Shown piece by piece: positions 19,880-30,447 of a stretch of 42,146 bases of DNA; positions within the stretch are counted from its first letter, which is position 1, and each line of letters opens with the position of its first letter. Made by a program: the position numbers and the translations under genes. Below the pieces are notes generated by a model. It was not told the DNA's origin. It made no database searches and saw nothing but the letters and a program-made list of their open reading frames with translations. Origin of the DNA: an uncultured Rhodocyclaceae bacterium (GTDB lineage Bacteria; Pseudomonadota; Gammaproteobacteria; Burkholderiales; Ga0077523); contig CAZXJW010000002.1 of assembly GCA_964641005.1 (NCBI GenBank), positions 1 through 42,146 of the forward strand, given 5' to 3'.

Positions 19880-21433
19880 ATGGCCGCGCCTTCGCCGCAT
19901 GTCCCCGACGCGAGCTTCGACGGGGGCGACCTCGACTGCGGCAACGGCCTGCTGCTGCTGATCCGGCGCCACATCGATCCGCTGCCGCGCGGCGGGCTGC
20001 TGGAGATCCTCTCGAGCGAGGGCTCGGTTCGCGAGGACCTGCCCGCGTGGTGCCGTCTCACGGGCAACGAACTCGTGGCGACCGGGCCGCGCGAAGGGCG
20101 GGTGACGTCCTTCCTCGTGTGCAAGGGCAGCCTCTCCGAGCGCGCGCCGCGCGGGATGCCTGCCGCCACCGGCGGGAGCGCGTCGAACAGCGCCCGGCCC
20201 ATCGGCCAGTCCGCCGTGGCCGTCACCATTCCCGCCCGCCTGCCCGATCCCGCGCCTGCCCCCGCGATCCCGCCGCTGGCCGTGATGGGCATCGGCAGCT
20301 GGCCGCGCCCACGCTGGCTGCTGCAGGCACTGCACCAGCGCATGGAAGGGCGGCTGCCGGAGGCGGAGTTCGAGGCCACCGCCGACGATGCCGTGCGGCT
20401 GGCCGTGGAGGCCCAGCTGCGCGCCGGGGTGGACGTGCTCACCGACGGCGAGCAGCGCCGCGACAGCTACTCGAGCTTCGTGGGCGGTCGCCTCGACAAC
20501 TGCCAGCTGATCCCGCTGACCGACCTGCTGCCGCTTGTGGACGACCCCGAGGACTTCGAGCGCGAGCTGCGCGCCCTGGACGTGCCCGCCGGCGAGGTGC
20601 GCCACCCCGCGGTGTTCGGTCCCCTGGGCCGCAGCCGGCCGCTGGCGGTGCACGAACTGTCGTTCGTCCGGTCGCTGTCGCCGAAGCCGGTGAAGATCGC
20701 CCTGCCCGGCCCCTACCTGCTCACCCGCACCATGTGGATGGAGTGCATCTCCGACAACGCCTACGCCTCGCGCGAGCACATCGCCACGGACATCGTGCGC
20801 GTGCTGCGCGAGGAGCTGGCCTTCCTGCTGGCGGATGGCGCCGCCCTGGTGCAGTTCGACGAGCCGGTGCTCTCGGAGGTGGTGTTCACGGGCGCGAAGA
20901 CCCAGCGCAGCTTCATGTGCGGCGCGCTCTCGGAGAAGGGCGACCCGGCCTCGGAACTCGCCTTCGCCCGCGACCTGCTCAACGCCGTGGTGGAGGGCTT
21001 CCCGAGCGACCGCACCGCCATGCACATGTGCCGCGGCAACTGGACGCCCGACGAATCCACGTGCCTGCACGGTGACTACGCCCCGCTGGTGCCCACGCTG
21101 GCGCAGATGAAGGTCGGGACCTGCTCGCTGGAGCTGTGCACGCCGCGCGCCGGCGAGATGGAGATCCTGCGCGGCCTGCCCGAAGACCGGCGCATCGGCG
21201 TGGGCGTGGTCAACCAGAAGCACGCCCGCGTGGAGAGCGTCGACGAGGTGCTCGCCCTCGCGGAGCGCGCGGTGGCGCTGTTCGGCGCGGACCGCGTGCT
21301 GCTCAACCCCGACTGCGGCTTTGCCACCTTCGCCGACAACCCGGTGGCCTCCGCGGCCGTGGCGGAGGCCAAGCTCGCGGCCATGGCGAAGGCCGCGGTG
21401 ATCCTGCGCGAGCGCCACGCCGCGGCTGCGTGA
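19880..21433 (+). CDS. Fusion protein: N-terminal TusA/SirA-like domain, Pro/Ala linker, then C-terminal cobalamin-independent methionine synthase catalytic (core-MetE, Meth_synt_2-like) domain
   Basis: A single 517-aa frame runs without a stop. Residues 10-85 resemble TusA (GGDLDCGNGLLLL...LEILSSEGSVREDLPAWCRLTGNELV). Residues 136-517 carry MetE-like motifs: IGSWPRP, DGEQRRD, QFDEP, and the Zn ligands HMC and NPDCG. An AGGA RBS lies upstream of the ATG. Confidence 0.8.
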   Translation: MAAPSPHVPDASFDGGDLDCGNGLLLLIRRHIDPLPRGGLLEILSSEGSVREDLPAWCRLTGNELVATGPREGRVTSFLVCKGSLSERAPRGMPAATGGSASNSARPIGQSAVAVTIPARLPDPAPAPAIPPLAVMGIGSWPRPRWLLQALHQRMEGRLPEAEFEATADDAVRLAVEAQLRAGVDVLTDGEQRRDSYSSFVGGRLDNCQLIPLTDLLPLVDDPEDFERELRALDVPAGEVRHPAVFGPLGRSRPLAVHELSFVRSLSPKPVKIALPGPYLLTRTMWMECISDNAYASREHIATDIVRVLREELAFLLADGAALVQFDEPVLSEVVFTGAKTQRSFMCGALSEKGDPASELAFARDLLNAVVEGFPSDRTAMHMCRGNWTPDESTCLHGDYAPLVPTLAQMKVGTCSLELCTPRAGEMEILRGLPEDRRIGVGVVNQKHARVESVDEVLALAERAVALFGADRVLLNPDCGFATFADNPVASAAVAEAKLAAMAKAAVILRERHAAAA

Positions 21434-21460
21434 GCGCCGCGGCGGCCCGGTCCGGGCCGC

Positions 21461-22471
21461 TCACCACTTGTAGCCCAGGCTCATCACCAGCTGCCGGTCC
21501 ACGCTCTCGCGACCCGGAGCGGGGTTGCCGTCCCAGTCGAGGTTGAGCCCCAGCGAGGCCACGAAGCCCGCGCGCAGCGGGAAGCGAAGCCCCGACTGCG
21601 TGCGCAGGAAGCTGGTGCGCACGTCCGACAGGCTCACGAAGCCCTGGTTGTTGTTGAACAGCTGCACCACGTCGGGCCACAGCCACCAGTCGAAGCGCGA
21701 GGCCACGCGCAGGGCGTAGAAGCGCTCGTCGCCGGCGCCGAAGTAGTCGGCGCTGACGCGGTCGAGGCCGGATTCCAGCGCCAGGTTGAGCCGGTGCGAC
21801 TCGATGAGCTGGTGGCCCGCGCCCGCGCCCACCGTGCTGCGCAACCGCAGGTCCTTGAAGCGGTCGTGCTCGAGGGTGCCACCGCCGTAACCGTACCACT
21901 TCTCGGTGATGAAGCGGTCGTACTTGAGCGCCACCACCGCGTTCATCTCGGTCTCGGTGCCGCGTTCCGTGGCCTCGTTGCCGCGGGCGGCAAAGCCCCA
22001 GCGGTCGCGGTTGCGCCGGGCCACCACCTCCGCGTCGCCATTGAAGCGCTGCACCTCGGTGTTGCCGGCCGTGTCGGACACGCCCAGGTTCACCCGCCCG
22101 GTGACGCGCCAGTCCTGCTCGGTGAGGCGGCCCGGCAGCATCACCTGCACGCGCTTCGGGTCCACGGGCACGGGCGGCCCGTCGGCCTCGGTCTGCACGG
22201 TGATGCGCCCGGGCACGGCGCGCAGCGGGCCGATGAGCCGCGTGTAGTCCTTCATGATCACCGTGACCTCGCGGTCGGTGGACATGGACTCGATGGCCTC
22301 GGCGTCGATGGACACCGCGCCCGCATAGGGCGTGTCGATCTCCACCTTGCCGCCGCGGATGCGCTCCACGGTGCCGGTGATCCGGTCGCCGTTCTTGAGG
22401 ATGACCACGTCGGCGGCGGCGGTGCCCGACAGCACCACCGCCGCCGTGAACAGCCAGGCAGTTCGTCCCAT
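21461..22471 (-). CDS. DUF481 (YdiY-like) outer-membrane beta-barrel protein
   Basis: I chose the start at 22471 because of a strong AAGGAG RBS. The signal peptide is [20 protein letters not shown]. An N-terminal [11 protein letters not shown] motif and C-terminal ...SLGYKW are present. Confidence 0.8.
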   Translation of the reverse strand: MGRTAWLFTAAVVLSGTAAADVVILKNGDRITGTVERIRGGKVEIDTPYAGAVSIDAEAIESMSTDREVTVIMKDYTRLIGPLRAVPGRITVQTEADGPPVPVDPKRVQVMLPGRLTEQDWRVTGRVNLGVSDTAGNTEVQRFNGDAEVVARRNRDRWGFAARGNEATERGTETEMNAVVALKYDRFITEKWYGYGGGTLEHDRFKDLRLRSTVGAGAGHQLIESHRLNLALESGLDRVSADYFGAGDERFYALRVASRFDWWLWPDVVQLFNNNQGFVSLSDVRTSFLRTQSGLRFPLRAGFVASLGLNLDWDGNPAPGRESVDRQLVMSLGYKW

Positions 22472-22506
22472 CACCTGTCTCCTTCGCGCCGCCAGCGGGC
22501 GTGCCG

Positions 22507-24414
<1,908 letters not shown>

Positions 24415-24415
<1 letters not shown>

Positions 24416-25650
24416 CAGAGCCGGGGCCGCACCCGGCTGCCCTCGCGCACCCGGGCCTCGGACGGCGGCACCACCTGCTCTCCGGCGCGCAGGCCTTCGA
24501 GGACCTCCACCTTGCCGATGCCGCGCGCGCCCAGCCGCACCGGCACGCGCACCGCCCGTCCGTCGCGCACCGCCAGCACCCAGGGCGCCGCGCCGGAGGG
24601 CTCTCGCACCGCCTCGGCGTCGAGCAGCAGCGCACGGGTGCGGTTCGCCACGGCGATCTCGGCCGAGACCGTCATGTCGGTGCGCAGGTAGTCGGGCGGC
24701 GCGGGCACGCGCAGCTTCACTTCCACCGTGCCGCGCTGCGGGTCGACCGAGGGCGCCACGGTGTAGACCTCGGCCTCGAAGCGACGGCCCGGAAAGGCAT
24801 CGGAGGACACCTGGGCGCGCAGACCCGGCGCAAGCAGCCCGAGGTTCTTCTCGTCCACGTTGAGCTGGATCTGCGGCTCGCCCACGGCGAGGGTGAACAG
24901 CTTGTCGCCTGCCTTGACCAGGTCGCCGGGCTCGGCGCCCCGGATCAGCACCCGCGCGGCGGCCGGCGCCACGAGGCGCGTGTAGCCGAGCTTCGCCTCG
25001 GCGAGTTCGAGGGCGGCGCGGGCCTGCTGGAGGCGCGCGCTGGCGAGGTCCGCGTCGGCACCCTTCGGCCGCGCCGCTTCCGCCTGGGCCAGGGCGCCAC
25101 GGTACTGGGCCTCGGCGTTGTCGAGGGCGCGCTGGGCGTCGTCCATGCGCGCCTCGCTGAAGAAACCGCGACCGTACAGGTCCATCACCCGGGCGTGCTC
25201 GCGACGCGCGGCCAGGCGGTTGGCCTCGGCCTGGCGCAGCTGCTGTTCGGCCACGGGGCTCGCGCTGGAACGCAGCTGGGCGGCGCGCGCCTCGGCCTCG
25301 CGCAGCGCGGCGCGCGCCTGCTCGACCGCCGCGCGCGGCTCCTCGTCGCGCAGGCGCGCGAGCACGCCGCCCGCGGGCACCTCGTCGCCCTCCCTCACGG
25401 GCACCGCGGCGATCACGCCGGCGACCTGCGTGCCCACCTCCACCCGCGAGGCGGCGATGACCCGGCCGGTGGAGGCGACGGTGACGGCGAGATCCCCCTG
25501 GGTGACTTCCACCACGCGGGCACCGGTGCCCATGAAGGATGAAACGCCGTAAGCGGCGGCGGCCACGATGGCGACGACCGCGACCACCAGCCAGGTGCGC
25601 GACAGGCGTTTCAGCATGGAATGGGGCAGGGCGGGCACGGGTTGGATCAC
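24415..25650 (-). CDS. Efflux transporter periplasmic adaptor subunit (HlyD/MacA/DevB family)
   Basis: The product has an N-terminal TM anchor, a long coiled-coil hairpin (AQYRGALAQAEA..., LQQARAALELAEAKL) and beta-barrel domains. The start is uncertain: GTG at 25650 or ATG at 25617. Confidence 0.88.
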
Positions 25651-25729
25651 GCGACGGGGGGCCGCGCGTCCCGGATTCTAGCGGTGCGGACCCCCACCCG
25701 GTCGGTGCTGTGTGAGCCGGACCGCCGGA

Positions 25730-27187
25730 TCAGCGAAGCTCGGCGGCCTTGAGCTCGCGCTTCCAGAGCAGCCGTCCGGCCGCATCGTAGGCCTCGAGCG
25801 CGAGCACCCGCGCCGCCTTCGGCCCGGTGACGCGCAGCAGGCCGAAGCTGCGCTGCGTGAGCAGCGTGCCCTCCACGAGATCGGGATTGGCGCGCTCGTT
25901 GTCACCGGGATTGGTGGCCACGCCACCGGTGAGCGGCGAGGAGGTGAACTCGAACAGCGGGTAGGCGCCGGCGCGCTCCAGGCGCAGCAGCTGGGAGAAG
26001 TGCCGGTCGCCGGAGACGAACACCACGCCGGGAATGCGCCGCTCGGTGATCCAGTCAAGCAGCTCGCGCGCCTCGTCGGGGTAGTTCTGGAAGCTCTCGA
26101 AGCGGCTCACGCGGTTCCAGAACTGCGTGCCGCCGGCCACGATGCGGAAGGTGGCGCGCGAGGACAGCAGCGCCTGCTTGAGCCACTCCATCTGCTGCGC
26201 ACCGTACAGGCGCTTGGCGGGCACCTTCGGATAATCGTTGGGATGGCGGTACCAGCGGTCGTCGAGGACGAACACCTCGGCATCGGCGAGCGCGAACTGG
26301 GTGAACACGCCAGGCACGTCGGGCAGCCCGTGTGTGGGATTGGGCCAGTAGCGGCGGAAGGCCTGGAGCGCCGCGCCCTTGTGGATGAACGAGCCGTCGG
26401 CATCGTTGGGGCCGAAGTCGTGGTCGTCCCAGGTGGCGTAGTGGTGGGTGCCGCGCCACAGCGCCGCCAGTTCGGGCAGCGCGCGGTGGAAGCGGTAGCG
26501 CGCGCTCATGCCCTCGAGGCTGGTCCACTCGGGCTCGCGGAAGTAGACGTTGTCGCCCAGCCAGAGCATGGCGTCGGGGTTCTTCGCGGCGATGGCGTCG
26601 AAGATGCCGTACTCGGCGCCCCACGGCGTTCCCGGCCGGTCGAAGCGCCCGTCGTTGAGGTAGGCGCAGGAGCCGATGGCCATCGTGGCCTCGGGCGGGT
26701 CGGTGCGGTACTGCCACAGCGGGCGGGTGCGGAAGCGGCCGCCGCCGGCCTCGGCGCCGTCCACCGTGAGGCGATAGCGATACGCGGTGCCGGGTTCGAG
26801 GTTGGCGAGTCGCAGCACCGCGACGAAGTCGTCGTCCTCCATCGTGGCGCGCTCGAGCCGGCGCGCCTGCGCGGGCGCGGCCTCGGGATGGAACTCCACG
26901 GCAACCCGGGCCGCTGCAGGGGTCTGAACCCACAGGGAGAACAGCGACTGGTCCACGGGGCCGTGCATGATGGAGACCGCGGGCGGCGCGGCGGGCGCGG
27001 TGCACGGCAGGGCGAGAACGGCCAGACATGCGAGCCGGGCGAAGGCGCGGCGGGCGAATCGGGCGCAGTGGAATCCCCCCCGGCCCCCCTTCTTCGAAGG
27101 GGGGAGAAGGCACCATCCACGGCCATGGGTGGTCTCCCCCCTTCGAAGAAGGGGGGCCGGGGGGGATTCGCAGTGGAGGGATCTCAT
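25730..27187 (-). CDS. PhoD-like alkaline phosphatase/metallophosphatase with a Tat-type signal peptide, carrying an in-frame 105-bp repeat-element insertion after codon 6
   Basis: A PhoD_N-like domain (YRYRLTVDG) and metallophosphatase motifs GDNVY and WDDHDFGPND are present. The N-terminus reads MRSLHC, then a 35-aa insert, then ARFARRAFARLACLAVLALPCTA. There is no in-frame ATG, GTG or TTG between the element and the signal peptide, so 27187 is the best start. The start remains uncertain. Confidence 0.75.
   Translation of the reverse strand: MRSLHCESPPAPLLRRGETTHGRGWCLLPPSKKGGRGGFHCARFARRAFARLACLAVLALPCTAPAAPPAVSIMHGPVDQSLFSLWVQTPAAARVAVEFHPEAAPAQARRLERATMEDDDFVAVLRLANLEPGTAYRYRLTVDGAEAGGGRFRTRPLWQYRTDPPEATMAIGSCAYLNDGRFDRPGTPWGAEYGIFDAIAAKNPDAMLWLGDNVYFREPEWTSLEGMSARYRFHRALPELAALWRGTHHYATWDDHDFGPNDADGSFIHKGAALQAFRRYWPNPTHGLPDVPGVFTQFALADAEVFVLDDRWYRHPNDYPKVPAKRLYGAQQMEWLKQALLSSRATFRIVAGGTQFWNRVSRFESFQNYPDEARELLDWITERRIPGVVFVSGDRHFSQLLRLERAGAYPLFEFTSSPLTGGVATNPGDNERANPDLVEGTLLTQRSFGLLRVTGPKAARVLALEAYDAAGRLLWKRELKAAELR
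27071..27169. mobile_element. MITE/REP-like palindromic element: perfect 37-bp inverted repeats, 25-nt centre, flanked by the 6-bp direct repeat GCAGTG
   Basis: The arm at 27071-27107 is the exact reverse complement of 27133-27169. GCAGTG occurs at both 27065-27070 and 27170-27175. Each arm also contains its own hairpin (CCCCCTTC-TTC-GAAGGGGG). The termini GAATCCCC/GGGGATTC match the REP unit at 428-452. Confidence 0.8.
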
Positions 27188-27270
27188 CAAGCGCACTCGA
27201 TCGTCGTCAACCCGCCCAAGCATCGCACGCGCATTGCGCGCGCGCACCCTCGCATCCTGCCCGCGCCGCG

Positions 27271-28155
27271 CTACGGCGCCGTGACCGCCACGCTCCTGAT
27301 CGGCGCCGGGCAGGCGAGGGCCTCGAACTCGGCGGCCATGGCGCCGGTCTTCTCGGCCACGCGCCGCTTCTGGGCCTCGGTCATGAGCGACGACACCTCG
27401 GCGATCATGGCGAAGGTGCGGGCGCGGTTTCCCTCGAGCTTGGCCTGGAGTGCCGGCGTGTACCAGCGGTCCGGCTCGGCGAGCAGCTCCTGAAGCCGGG
27501 CGCGCAACCGCTCGGGATCGTCGCGACGGGTCTGCAGCGCGTCGCGCAGCGCCTTCTGCCAGCGCTCGCGGCTGGCCAGGACGTCGGCCTGGGACGGCTC
27601 GAGCGAGGCACTCCAGCGCTCCACCGCCTGGCGCTGCTCGCGGGTGAGCGAGCCGGCCCAGAACTCGAGCCGCTCGCGGGTGCGCGCCGCGCGCTCGGTC
27701 GCCACCTCGGGATAGGCCACGTCCACGTACTCCTTGCGGTACTTGCGGTTGGCCTTGTCCATGGCGCGCGCGAGCTCGTCGAGCTGGCGGTCGGTGAGGC
27801 TGCGCGCCAGCCCGGCCAGCCGCGGGCTGGCTTCCTCGGCCATCACGCGGCCGAAGAAGCGCACGTTGTCGAAGCGCGCCTGCACCTGCACGGGCGTGGT
27901 GCCCTCGCGCAGTTCCGTGCCCACCTGGCGCAGCCAGGCCGCGTAGCCGCCCACCTGGGTGCGGCAATGCCACTGCTTGAAGTCGGTGAGCTGGCGGGCG
28001 AGGGCCTCGGACTGGCGGTCGTCCAGCGGGATGTAGCTCTCCAGGGTCCATGCGATGACGCGCTCGGCCTGCCCGTAGGCGAACTGCACCCGCGAGCAGC
28101 CGGCGCCGGCGAGGACGAGGGTGGACAGCAGCAGGAGCGCGGCGGTTCGGTGCAT
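27271..28155 (-). CDS. Putative lipoprotein of unknown function (possibly DUF6279-like)
   Basis: I chose the start at 28155, giving MHRTAALLLLSTLVLAGAGC with the lipobox LAGAGC. The remainder is helical and charged. Confidence 0.65.
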   Translation of the reverse strand: MHRTAALLLLSTLVLAGAGCSRVQFAYGQAERVIAWTLESYIPLDDRQSEALARQLTDFKQWHCRTQVGGYAAWLRQVGTELREGTTPVQVQARFDNVRFFGRVMAEEASPRLAGLARSLTDRQLDELARAMDKANRKYRKEYVDVAYPEVATERAARTRERLEFWAGSLTREQRQAVERWSASLEPSQADVLASRERWQKALRDALQTRRDDPERLRARLQELLAEPDRWYTPALQAKLEGNRARTFAMIAEVSSLMTEAQKRRVAEKTGAMAAEFEALACPAPIRSVAVTAP

Positions 28156-28267
28156 GGCGAAGCTGCGACAGCGGGGGGCGTGGGGGGTTCCGGGGATGGA
28201 CGCCATCGGACCGGATGCCCGTCCCCGGACCATCGGCCCGGGGACGCGCGCGCCGGCGACACGGGCT

Positions 28268-29038
28268 TCAGTCCGCGAGCCGCCCCACCGTCACGCGCAC
28301 GTCGTACTCGAACTCCACCCGGCCGCCACGCTGGTGGGCGTCGAACAGCGCCCGCAGCGCCGCCATGTGGCCGGTGCGGTCCTCGCGCGGCACGAACGAC
28401 GAGGACTGGTGACGGGCCACCAGGCCATCCCAGTCGAACACCTGGCGGTTGTCGAGAACGAAGCTAACGGCCGCCGCGGGCGCGAAGAACGCGGCCAGCA
28501 CCGCGGCATCCACGTTGCGGTGCACGACCTCCAGGTACTCGGGACAGTGGCTCACGAGGAGATCCTCGTATCCGCGGAGGAAGGGCGTGGCATCCAGGCG
28601 ACGGTCGTTCCACACCAGCGCCACGTGGCCGCCGGGGCGCAGGATGCGGGCGAACTCGGCGCGCGCGCGCTCCCGGTCGAACCAGTGGAAGGCCTGCCCG
28701 GCGCTCACCAGGTGGACGCTCGCATCGGGCAGGCCCGTGGCCTCGGCGCTGCCGGCGCGACTGGAGAAGCCGTCACGGCCCGCCAGCAGCGCGTCGCCGG
28801 CCTCGCGCATCTCGCGATTGGGCTCCACGCCGATCACGCGGTGGCCAGCGTCGAGGAACACCTGCGCGAGCAACCCGGTGCCGCTGCCCACGTCGGCGAT
28901 GTCCACGGCGCCGCGCCAGCCGCAACGTGCAGCGAGTCGAACGGCCAGTTCCGCGGGGTAGCCCGGTCGTGCGCGCACGTAATCGGCCACGCGGTCGGAG
29001 AAGCGCACGGTGGCGTCAGCGGCGGGGACGTGGGTCAC
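28268..29038 (-). CDS. Class I SAM-dependent methyltransferase
   Basis: SAM motif I DVGSGTG and a later LRPGG motif are present. I prefer the GTG at 29038, which gives ...ATVRFSDRVADYVRARPGYP near the N-terminus. The ORF-track start at 29140 is possible. Confidence 0.8.
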   Translation of the reverse strand: MTHVPAADATVRFSDRVADYVRARPGYPAELAVRLAARCGWRGAVDIADVGSGTGLLAQVFLDAGHRVIGVEPNREMREAGDALLAGRDGFSSRAGSAEATGLPDASVHLVSAGQAFHWFDRERARAEFARILRPGGHVALVWNDRRLDATPFLRGYEDLLVSHCPEYLEVVHRNVDAAVLAAFFAPAAAVSFVLDNRQVFDWDGLVARHQSSSFVPREDRTGHMAALRALFDAHQRGGRVEFEYDVRVTVGRLAD

Positions 29039-29193
29039 GGCGGACGTAGGATGCGCGCGGAAGGCCGCGTTGACAGGGGTTTCGCCGGGAACATAGCATA
29101 GCGATCGCTCCCTGCGCCCGACCGCGCGCAGCCCGGCCACGACCGTCGACTCCAGATCGCGCGGCGGGCCTCACCGGAGCGGGGAGGAATTCC

Positions 29194-30321
29194 ATGCGCT
29201 TCGCTTCGAAGGCCGCGCTCGCGGCCCTGGGCATCCTCGCCGCGGCGTCCGCCCCGGCCCAGGACGCCATCAAGGTCGGCATCGTGGTGGAGGCCACCGG
29301 CCCGAACGCCGAGGCAGGCGTGTTCACCCTGAACGGCGCGAAGCTCGCCCTCGAGGAAGTCAACGCCGCCGGCGGCGTGCTCGGCAGGAAGCTCGAGCTC
29401 AAGCCCGAGGACAACCAGTCCACCAACCCCGGCACCGTGCTGGCCTTCTCCAAGCTGTTCGGCGAGAAGGGCATCGTCGCCATCATCGGGCCGATCCGCA
29501 GCACCCAGATCCAGGCCGCCTCGCCCACCATCGCCAAGGCCGGCATCCCCACCATGATCGGCGGCACCGACCCCAGCCTCACCAAGGTGAACAACCGCTG
29601 GGTGTTCCGCGGCCGGCCCAACGACTCCTACAGCTCGCGCGTGATCGCCGACTTCGGCGTGAACACGCTGAAGAAGCAGAAGTGGGCCATCGTGCATTCC
29701 ACCGACGCCTTCGGCTCCGGCGGCATGAACGCCCTCACCGCCTCCCTCAAGGCCCTGGGCATCACCCCGGTGCTGGTGCAGGGCTACACCAACAACTCCC
29801 AGGACTTCACGCCCGTGGTGCTGGCGGTGAAGAAATCCGGCGCCGACATCATCGGCACCTACATGACCAACTCGCCCGACGTGGGCATCTTCGCCAAGCA
29901 GCTGCGCCAGCTGGGCGTGAACGCCGACTGGGTCGGCTCGCCCTCGCTGGTGTCGGTCACCGCCATGGACCTGGCGGGGCCGGCCCTGAACGGCGTGCAC
30001 AGCGTCGCCGACTTCACGCCCGATGCCAGCGCCGAATCCAGGGCCTACACGGCGAAGTACCGCGCGGCCTACAAGCTCGACCCCGACGTCTATTCCAGCT
30101 GGGCCTACGACGCGCTGCGCATCCTCGCGCGCGCCATCAACGACGCGAAGAGCACCGAGCCCGAGGCCATCCGCAAGGCCATCGTCGCCATCCAGGGCTG
30201 GAAGGGCGTGGAAGGCACCTACAACTTCGACGACAAGGGCGACGGCCTGCGCGGCTACAACGTGGTGCGCATCGACAACGGCAAGGTGGGCTTCATCAAG
30301 CACATCGACTTCAGAGACTGA
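29194..30321 (+). CDS. ABC transporter substrate-binding protein, branched-chain amino acid (LivK/LivJ) family
   Basis: A GGAGGA RBS precedes the start. The signal peptide is MRFASKAALAALGILAAASAPAQD. IKVGIVVEATGPNA and the type-I periplasmic binding protein pattern are present. Confidence 0.9.
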   Translation: MRFASKAALAALGILAAASAPAQDAIKVGIVVEATGPNAEAGVFTLNGAKLALEEVNAAGGVLGRKLELKPEDNQSTNPGTVLAFSKLFGEKGIVAIIGPIRSTQIQAASPTIAKAGIPTMIGGTDPSLTKVNNRWVFRGRPNDSYSSRVIADFGVNTLKKQKWAIVHSTDAFGSGGMNALTASLKALGITPVLVQGYTNNSQDFTPVVLAVKKSGADIIGTYMTNSPDVGIFAKQLRQLGVNADWVGSPSLVSVTAMDLAGPALNGVHSVADFTPDASAESRAYTAKYRAAYKLDPDVYSSWAYDALRILARAINDAKSTEPEAIRKAIVAIQGWKGVEGTYNFDDKGDGLRGYNVVRIDNGKVGFIKHIDFRD

Positions 30322-30349
30322 GTTTCAGCAGGGGGGAGAGCAGGTGGAC

Positions 30350-30388
30350 GCCGCCGGAGCCGGGCCCCCAAGAACCCGGCCCGGCGGC
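30350..30388 (+). promoter_or_regulatory. Stable GC-rich stem-loop in the gap between the binding-protein and permease genes
   Basis: GCCGCCGG-A-GCCGGG (30350-30364) pairs with CCCGGC-CCGGCGGC (30375-30388), with a 10-nt loop. No T-tract follows. Confidence 0.45.
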
Positions 30389-30447
30389 AGTCGACCGCGA
30401 GGCGTCATCCCCGTCATCCACCCAACCGCCTCGAACCGCCCGCCCCC

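Noticed and set aside
19853-21418. 521-aa minus-strand ORF opposite the TusA-like::MetE-like gene
   Set aside because: The plus-strand frame carries the MetE Zn-ligand and substrate motifs. The minus-strand frame has none and shows shadow-type composition.
27188-28051. N-terminal extension of the 773-aa ORF 25730..28051
   Set aside because: The extension runs out of frame through the lipoprotein gene (27271-28155). It translates to Arg/Gly/Pro/Ala-rich low-complexity sequence. The phosphatase homology and signal peptide begin only after 27187.
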